Shown here: positions 51,949-64,000 of the stretch, one piece after another
How positions within the stretch are numbered: the first letter of the stretch is position 1
How the letters are laid out: each line of letters starts with the position of its first letter
Notes under the pieces: model-generated
Seen by the model: only the letters and a program-made list of their open reading frames with translations
Database searches by the model: none
Told to the model about the DNA's origin: nothing
NCBI GenBank assembly: GCA_965112155.1
Contig: OZ218104.1
Direction: 5' to 3' (one strand)
Source of the DNA: Podarcis liolepis
Taxonomy: Eukaryota
Length of the DNA stretch: 64,000 nt
Made by a program: the position numbers and the translations under genes

Positions 51949-52990
51949 AGAGAGAGAGAGAGAGAGAGAAGGGGTGCACCTAATGGACCCTCAATCCAGC
52001 TGTGTTTTGCAGATACATTATGATGTTACTTCAGATTCCAGCAAAGTTGTGCTGATTAGAAAGCACAGCAGAATGAGATTGCTGCCAGCATGAGATTAGG
52101 CTGTAGAGGGAGCTGAGCAGACCACAAAACTGTCTGTCTCCCACCTAGGTTGTCATGCTGGGCTCCTTATTGCATGCATGCTCTCCATTTACACTGCAAG
52201 AAGCTGATCCCTGCTACTCTTTACATCAGCTTCAAGTACCTTGTCCTCCTTGCTTGATGTTCTGTGTCTCTCGCTCTGCCTCTTACACCCATTTCTTCTC
52301 TTCCTCCCACATTCTGCTTGCCAGCCGGCCTGCCTTTCCTCCAGATCTGCTTCCTAGCCCCTGGCACATCTCCTCTTGGAAGCCCCTGCTGCCGCCTATT
52401 CTTCCACCTATCCCTTCTTTCCAGTCTCAAACTACCTTCCACTTCCACCAAGACAAATTACCTTATCTCCACTACAGTTCCTTTGTGTCATTTTGTGGTC
52501 TGTGGAGCCTTGGCGGCTTTGCAGCAGTTGATGTCTGGGACAACAGTAGTCCCAAAACAAGTAAAACAGACCTTGCTTTCTATTCTTTATGCCTGTGCAT
52601 CTGTTGTCTTATCCAAACAATCAAATATGTACTACGTAGAGGATAAAGTGGTCTTGATCCTGTGGGTATTTCACATCCTTGGTTTCCTGTGACTCGCCTG
52701 CAGGTCACAAGTCCCCTCCCCGCAATGTACAAGGATCTGCTCTACAGGCATAAGCTTTTCTGGTTACCTTTTGTAGTTGGGGAGGGAAATGGGGACCCAA
52801 GTGGGGAGCTGGTATCTTAAGCAAATAAGGACTTGGCTTGGGTCGAGGTTTTATCTTTCTAGGTGCCAAGAAGACTACAGGGCCAGAGACCGCTAGCTGG
52901 TCTACTCACTCTGTGCTATTTTCTCCTGTGTGCAGGGAGCAAGGATTCCAGAGTGTGCAGGATGCTGTGGGTGCAGATCATGGCCTCTGA
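47614..52990 (+). CDS. DHODH: Dihydroorotate dehydrogenase (quinone), mitochondrial; exons 47614-47643, 48768-48980, 49180-49379, 49528-49610, 50026-50213, 50753-50866, 51460-51613, 51702-51861, 52936-52990 (1197 nt, 398 aa)
   Basis: [65 protein letters not shown]; AATAAA 53634-53639. Confidence 0.98.
51912..51969. repeat. Compound (GT)n(GA)n microsatellite
   Basis: Direct observation. Confidence 0.95.
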
Positions 52991-54139
52991 GGACTCCTGA
53001 CATGCGCTTAGTGTGACAGCAGGCACTCTGTGGGCACAGAGATGCTTGTTTGCCCAGGTCACCGTGGTAGCATCCAGCATGTTTCTGCTTGTAGTCCTGC
53101 TGGCCCCCTCGTCTTCCCCTACATGAGGGCAGGGGGGCTTCCATCAAGATCAGCTGGGTCCATTGTTTTTCCAGCAAGGAACAAAAAAGTGCCTCCCTTA
53201 AGAGCTTCACAGTGTACTTCTTAATGCAAACTTTTGCAGTCCAGCAGGTGCTAAGGGTCCCTGGAACAGGATGAGCAAACATTGACACAAGTCAAGTAGG
53301 CCAGGCTCGGGCTGGCTTCTTTCATCAGAAACTATCAAGTAACACAGAGGATCAGGATCTGTGTGTATCCTCAGCCAGGACAAAGTGAAGGAATTCCCCT
53401 CATCTGCTGAGACCCAACAGTCAGGTCTGCAGTGTAATTCAGTCCCTCTCAGATGGGATTAAGTAAAATGGGAGTATAGCAGAAATATTTTCTGTTTCAT
53501 CCCAGAGCCCCACTCTTGATCTTAGGACGCTGAAGAGGATGGGGGCACGATCAGCATTGCTCTGAGGGGCTGTGGGATTTTGTTCCCTGCCTTGCCTTCG
53601 GCAGGAGGTGGCTCTTTTTCTGGGTGGTCTTTCAATAAAGCTTTTGTTTATTTGTTTAAACTTGTTATTTTTTATTTAATATTTATTTTTTATGTTTTTA
53701 TTTATTTATTACAATGCCATATGACAAGTGCATTTCACTTGTTTTATGATGGAGATCAGCATGCAAAAGGTTAAAAACATTGCCAATGGTGGGTGGGACT
53801 TCTCTTTAATTATTAAAAGTAAATCTAAAGGAGAGCATATTGTTTCACTTCTACGGTCAGGCACAGGCACCTCCCAAGGGTAGAAGTTCTCTCATGGAGA
53901 AGGCCCCTGCAGCTGCCCTCGGACCCGTGGCTTGAGGAAGAGGTGCCAGCTCTGGGGGTAAATCTGCAGAGTCCTGAGAGCTCTGGTGAGGGGAGAGGGG
54001 CATCTTTTGAAGACCCAGTTTGTTTGTCTTTCGGTGGTAAGGGGGTTGTGCCCTGGCACCCAATGCAGGCTTTGCAGCAGTGACTGGGAGGTTATCCTAG
54101 GAATTGCACCCATGCAGAATAAAAGGGAGGCAGCTGGAC

Positions 54140-54500
54140 GTAAAAGGCGTCAGACGAACCCCCCGCCCAAGGAGTGACTCGCAAGGCCTCGAACAGCATA
54201 AGTTACCCCACCAGACTCTCCAGCCGCGGGAAGAGGTGCTGATTTGGCTCTGACGTAAGAAGGGCGGGAGGAGGCGGACCCGGAGAAGCCCCGCCCCCGG
54301 TCCAAGAGGCTTGTCTGTCGCCGGGGCAACGGGTTATGTCACCCCAGACATAAGAAAGGGTAAGAGCGGCCCTTCTGGTGCGCGGGATTTTCGGGCTCCT
54401 GAAAACTCATCCGGCTGCAATCCGAGCCACTTTGGGTAGAGAGCGCAGGACTCGCGTTTGCCCCTCTGTTGGCTGCAAGTCTCCTAGACCCGCAGTCTTC
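54140..54500. promoter_or_regulatory. Orphan CpG-rich promoter-like element
   Basis: CRE TGACGTAA 54251-54258, GC boxes, RFX X-box GTCGCCGGGGCAAC 54317-54330, flanking splice donors on both strands. Confidence 0.55.
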
Positions 54501-54685
54501 AACCTTTTCAGTCTCCGGATCCACCTTTAACCAAACATGCATTTGGGGATCAATCTTCTAATCGTTTACCACATATTTGCATAGCGGTGGCGCTGCTGTT
54601 GTGACCCACCTCGGATCAGGCCGTGACCCACAAGCAGGTCTCGACCCACCACCACTTGGACTAGATGACCCCCGCGGCCCCTTCC

Positions 54686-57196
54686 TTTTTTTAAAAAAAT
54701 GATATTTATTAAGGTTTCAAAGAAAAGAGTTACGTGAATTAAAAAAAGAAAGACAAAAGTAAAAATAAAAGAAAAAATACAAAAGACAAAAAAAGATAAA
54801 AAACACTTTAAAAAATACATCAGTCTTTCCATACCTTACATTCATTTCCTTGTTTCCCTGACCTCCTCACACCTCCCTTTTTTGTATTCCAATTCAGTTA
54901 GTTAATTCAGCAATTTCTCTCCCTCTTTGTTTTTATCTTAGTCCTTTAACATATTATAACTTTGGATTCTCACCTGTTAACAATCCATTTTTACATAAAC
55001 CTTTATAACATTGCTGCTTAAACCACTTAACTTCATTCTGACATCATTCTAACATTCATTAATTTTGCAATATTTCTGTAAATAGTCTTTAAATTTCTTC
55101 CAATCTTCTTCCACCGACTCTTCTCCCTGGTCTCGGATTCTGCCAGTCATTTCTGCCAATTCCATGTAGTCCATCACCTTCATCTGCCATTCTTCCAGAG
55201 TGGGTAGATCTTGTGTTTTCCAATACTTTGCAATAAGTATTCTTGCTGCTGTTGTGGCATACATAAAAAAAGTTCTGTCCTTCTTTGGCACCATTTGGCC
55301 GACCATGCCCAGGAGAAAGGCCTCTGGTTTCTTTAGAAAGGTATATTTAAATACCCTTTTCATTTCATTATAAATCATCTCCCAGAAAGCATTAATCCTT
55401 GGGCACGTCCACCAAAGGTGAAAGAATGTACCTTCAGTTTCTTTACATTTCCAACATTTATTATCGGGCAAATGATAGATTTTTGCAAGCTTGACTGGTG
55501 TCATTTTCATAATATTCTCTCTTAAGGCATTACATGCCGTAAACTTCATACCTGTGGTCCATAACTATTCCCAGTCAGCCATCATTATGTTATGTCCAAC
55601 ATCTTGTGCCCATTTAATCATAGCAGATTTCACTGTTTCATCCTGTGTATTCCATTTCAACAGCAAGTTATATATCTTTGACAAAATCTTAGTTTTGGGT
55701 TCTAGCAGTTCTGTTTCTAATTTTGATTTCCCCCCCTGGAAGCCAATTTTGTTGTCCAAATTGTATGCCTCCATTATCTGATAATAATGAAGCCAGTCTC
55801 GCACTTTGTTTTTTAATTTCTCAAAACTCTGCAGAACTCTCTTCTACAGCAGTTGCTATTTCCTTTGCTTCTTCAGCTGTCTTTCGGGTCGAGGTAGATT
55901 CCTGTAGTAATTTCTCAATAGTTTCTGTGTTAGTATTTACCTTCTGTCCCAAATTATTAATACTTGTGGTATTTTGATCGATTTTAACTGATGCTTCAGC
56001 TACTTGTTTACTTATTCTTTCCAAATATTCATTAATTTTACCTAATGCCTGAGCCAAAATATCTTCAGATGCCATTCCTTTGGGTTTAGATTGTGCCAAT
56101 GCAGCTCCTATTGGTAATCCAGGAGGGCCAGATGTTGATGCTCTTCGCTGCAGCCCAACGTCTGGACGAAATGACCTACCAGACCTCGTCGTTTTTTCCT
56201 GAAGCAAATCTATTTTCTCCTTTCCATCTGCCATAACACTCTAGATAAGGCCAAGGTCAATCCCACGATCAGAACTTGTTTTGAAGTGGAAAATTTCCGT
56301 GGTGCAACTGTTGTTGTAACGATTTCAAACTTCCTCTAGGGGGACACAGTAGCATTCAAAAATTGTTGCCTTAAAATAATTAACTTTTTTTCTTTTAATC
56401 CCCCAATTCACAAAAAAGACGACAGTTTCAATTTCAGTTATTTTCCAGTTACTTTAAAACCAGGAGAAGCCAGCCAGAAATATTGTATCTCACTTGTATC
56501 TCACTTGCAGAGCTAGCTGTCAAAAGAGTACTTTCACCAACAGCGCATTCACAGTACGGCATTCTTACAGTTCACTGGCAACCCGTTCCCAGGTTTTAAG
56601 CAGTGGATTTTAGCTTCCTTTTCTCTCTTTTTGCAGGGAAATACAATTCAGACCTTTCCCCCCTCCTCTCTTGCAATCAAAGGGGAAAATCGCTTGTTTG
56701 ATGTTAGAATTATAGTCCTTTTCAAACGTCTTTCAAGGTTTTCGCTTACAAGTTCATTGCTTTGCTCTATTTACAAAGAACGGAAGGCAGACTTCCTGTT
56801 TATGCCTCTCCGCTTCGGTGTCAAATTGCTTCTTTGTTCCTTTGTTTCCCAAATTAGCCTACTCATGGATAGTTGTTTTGTAGCCAAATTGTCCCAGGAA
56901 AAAGGCAGCGCTCTCCGGTAACGGCTGTGTGGCTTCGCTCCACGGAAGAAGCAGTTGACTCACAGCACCGCGCCGCTTCCCCGCTCTGCTCCAGAACCCG
57001 TAATCGGGCTCCTTTGCAAGTTGGGGGGGGGCGCAAAAGGTGCCTGCCGAGTCCCATGGTCACAGGCTTCACCCGCCTGTGCTTTTTCCAAGGGTCCCCG
57101 CTTCGCTGCAGCGGAACAGACCCGATTCCCGCAGAGCTGGTCCCTCTGGATCAGAGGGAGTCCGCCATTACCGATGGCGCCACCCCGGAAGTCCCC
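54686..57196 (-). mobile_element. Internally deleted L1: 5' UTR + ORF1 N-terminus (56234-55821) fused to ORF2 C-terminus (to 55049) + 3' UTR
   Basis: 19-bp TSD gacccccgcggccccttcc at 54667-54685 and 57197-57215; 5' end GGGGACTTCCGG...ATGGCGG; ORF2 tail homologous to 33161-33640; AATAAA and short A tail. Confidence 0.92.
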
Positions 57197-57439
57197 GACC
57201 CCCGCGGCCCCTTCCGACTCTACTATTCCATGATCTATGGCTGGGGAACTTCCGGCCCAGCAGAGGAGGGATGGACTACAATTCCCATCCTCGTCTTTGG
57301 CCACGCTGGCTGCTGGGAGCTGCGCTCTCTTAACAGCACCTGGAGGACCATGAATGTCCCCGCACAGCTCCCCATCCCTGCATTAGCCCCGTTCCCAACC
57401 ATGATCTCGAACTGCTTTCGCTGCTGTCTGAGGGAGCGG

Positions 57440-58019
57440 CATTCCCCTCCTCTTCTGAGGGGAAACTGCTAGTTCTGCCGCCTTCCGCTCCATATGTGCG
57501 GAAGTCCGGGATCTCCTTGCGCAGTTTCCTGTGGGCGGCTTTTACGTTCCCTCCTCCAGGCGGCTGCAATCCGGAAATCCCGCCTCCGCACAAGGACTCG
57601 GTCGGTCTAGGAGCCGCGCTGCTGCACATTCTATAACGACTCTATGGCGCGGGGAGAGGCCGTCGCAGCTGCCGTCGCGGGGCATTGTGGGGCGGGCAAT
57701 GGCGGCGCCCGGCAAGCGGAGGGTCAGGCCTTGAAGCGGCGGCCGCGCGGCGGCGGAGGGTGAGGCTGAGGCGGGCAGGGCTCTGCCCCCGTCTCTGTCC
57801 CGAAGGCGAAGCGAGGCCGGGCCAGCGGGTTGGGCGGCGCTGCTGCTTCCGCTGCCGCTTTTAGCGCGGTGTGTCGTCCAGTGGCAGCGCGTCTCGCGGT
57901 ACTCTGAACGGCCGAGCAGCCCCTCCAGCAGCCCAATTTCCCCCGCCGCCGTTAGGCGCCACCCCCCTTGCCGCCCGGTCTCCGTCCCGCTCACTCGAGT
58001 GCCTCCTTGCTCCCCGCAG
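57440..58019 (+). promoter_or_regulatory. DHX38: DHX38 CpG island, non-coding exon 1 (ends 57759) and intron 1
   Basis: ETS and ZNF143-like motifs, donor AGG|GTGAGG at 57759/57760, acceptor cccgcag| at 58019. Confidence 0.7.
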
Positions 58020-58030
58020 AGAGCCCTGCA

Positions 58031-62650
<4,620 letters not shown>

Positions 62651-63034
62651 TGAAGTGTTATCCTTGTGAGATGACCTTACCTCATAGGTGTCCACTTGAC
62701 TGCTTTGATGTATGGAATGGGCGCTATTACAGCTGCCACACAATACTCATTCCACACTTGTAAAGAATCAAATCTTTTAGTGTGGCAGCACCTACAATTT
62801 GGAACTCTCTGCCTATTGGCATCCAGCAGGCACCTTTGCTGTACTCTTTCTGGGACCTGCTTAAAACATTTTTGTTTAGGCAAGCCTATCCAGGCACGTA
62901 TATTTTGTCATGTGTTACTCTCTTTTTGCTTTGCTGCTGATGTTAGTCGCCATTTAAATGTTTTATCTGCTTGTTCTTAATTATTTTTATTTCTCGTAAG
63001 CCTCTTGGAGGTTCTGTTGCAACCAAGCAGTATA

Positions 63035-63284
63035 CAGTGGTACCTTGGAAGCTGAATAGAATCCATTCCGGAAGTCTGTTTGACTTCCAAAATGTTTGGA
63101 AACGAAGGCGCGGCTTCCAGTTGGCTGTAGGAAGCTCCTGCAGCCAATCGGAAGCTGCGGAAGTCATGTCAGACATTCGGGTTCCAAAGAACGTTTGCAA
63201 ACTAGAACACTCACTTCCAGGTTTGCAGCTTTTGGGAGCCAAAATGTTTGAATTGCAAGGCATTCGGGATCCAAGGTTCAACTG
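63035..63284. mobile_element. Tigger/pogo-like MITE, second subfamily
   Basis: TIR CAGTGGTACCTTGGA...TCCAAGGTTCAACTG with TA TSD. Confidence 0.75.
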
Positions 63285-63604
63285 TATAAGTTTTGTTAAA
63301 TAAAAATAATAATTTAAAAATTCTGATCCACAGCTATAGTAGAAACACATGGTTTGCAAGGGAGGGGTATTGTAAGCAGTGTGAAAAGGAAGTGAAATAC
63401 AGAAAAGGCAGTTGCAAGTACCTAATTAATTCACATTTATAATCCAATTAATACATAAAATGGGTTAAAAATGCTTCGTCTTGGTTCAGCCCAGGAGTTA
63501 TAGTACTGGATCTTTTTGCCATTTGTGTTGAGACTTGCCGTCCTATGTAGAATTCAGAAGGGCCTCTCTGGCAGGTGATGAACATGGATCACATTTTTAA
63601 AAAT

Positions 63605-64000
63605 TGTTTTTTATTGAAAGATTTTCACGGATAACAAAGGTACATATAGCACCTCTGTTTTCAGTTCATAGAGTTTTTTCTACAGTTGTTACATTTGGTG
63701 AGAGATACTGCTATCGTAGGCATTGTGAGTGTGGGGTAGGGAAGAGGTGAGGGAGAGAAGGAGGTAGTGTTATTTCCTTCTTTTGCAAAGTGTACACGTC
63801 GAGTTTTGTGTCGGCATCACATGGATAGGTTCTTTATCTATTTATTTATTTATTTTCATTGATGGTGCAAGAGATTGAGGAGCCCAGAGCATGGTTGGTT
63901 GCTTTAGGTTGGCTGCAGTGAATTTTGTTCCTGTGTGTGAGGGGCTGGGAGTTGTTGGGTCAAATTAGCCATATCAATTTCTGTGCTGTCGGGGGGCGCA
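63605..64000 (-). mobile_element. Probable L1 3' end (3' UTR and A tail), runs off window
   Basis: T-run plus TTTATT on + strand followed by L1-like 3' UTR composition. Confidence 0.5.

Noticed and set aside
52155-52692. 163-aa and 142-aa ORFs in DHODH intron 8
   Set aside because: Pyrimidine-rich composition explains them; no similarity to HP, TXNL4B or anything I recognise
54121-54225. Vault-RNA-like Pol III gene on the minus strand (GGCTGG...GTTCGAGGCC...TCCAGC...TTTT)
   Set aside because: Weak A box, an internal TTTT precedes the closing stem, and CRE spacing and locus do not fit known vault genes; an Rfam scan would settle it
54346-54582. snRNA-type promoter (octamer plus PSE-like CTTACCCTTTCTT)
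   Set aside because: The PSE-like match is just the reverse complement of a splice donor; no TATA or snRNA body follows

Overview
Vertebrate (squamate, most likely lacertid lizard, judged from Sauria-type SINEs) gene-dense genomic window, syntenic with parts of human 16q22. Order: SNTB2 3' end (+), VPS4A (+, 11 exons, 437 aa), mitochondrial PDF (-, 241 aa), COG8 (-, 615 aa) head-to-head with NIP7 (+, 180 aa), TMED6 (-, ~243 aa), TERF2 (-, 9 exons, ~567 aa) head-to-head with DHODH (+, 398 aa), and the 5' half of DHX38/PRP16 (+). I traced all exons by GT-AG boundaries and reading frame. Interspersed are L1 and L2 LINE pieces, Sauria and tRNA/CORE-type SINEs, hAT and Tigger/pogo-like MITEs and microsatellites. 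No prokaryote-type system (CRISPR etc.) is present, and I cannot show a wholly new biological system. The most notable observations are: (1) TERF2 appears to have lost an intron imprecisely, deleting 4 residues and changing the F120-equivalent in the TRFH docking loop; (2) a TSD-bounded, internally deleted L1 (intact 5' promoter + ORF1 coiled-coil fused to the ORF2 tail) splits the CpG island upstream of DHX38; (3) an orphan promoter lies where HP/TXNL4B sit in human; (4) TERF2 directly abuts DHODH; (5) several uORF and splicing peculiarities. Comparisons with human orthologues are from memory and need confirming by alignment.
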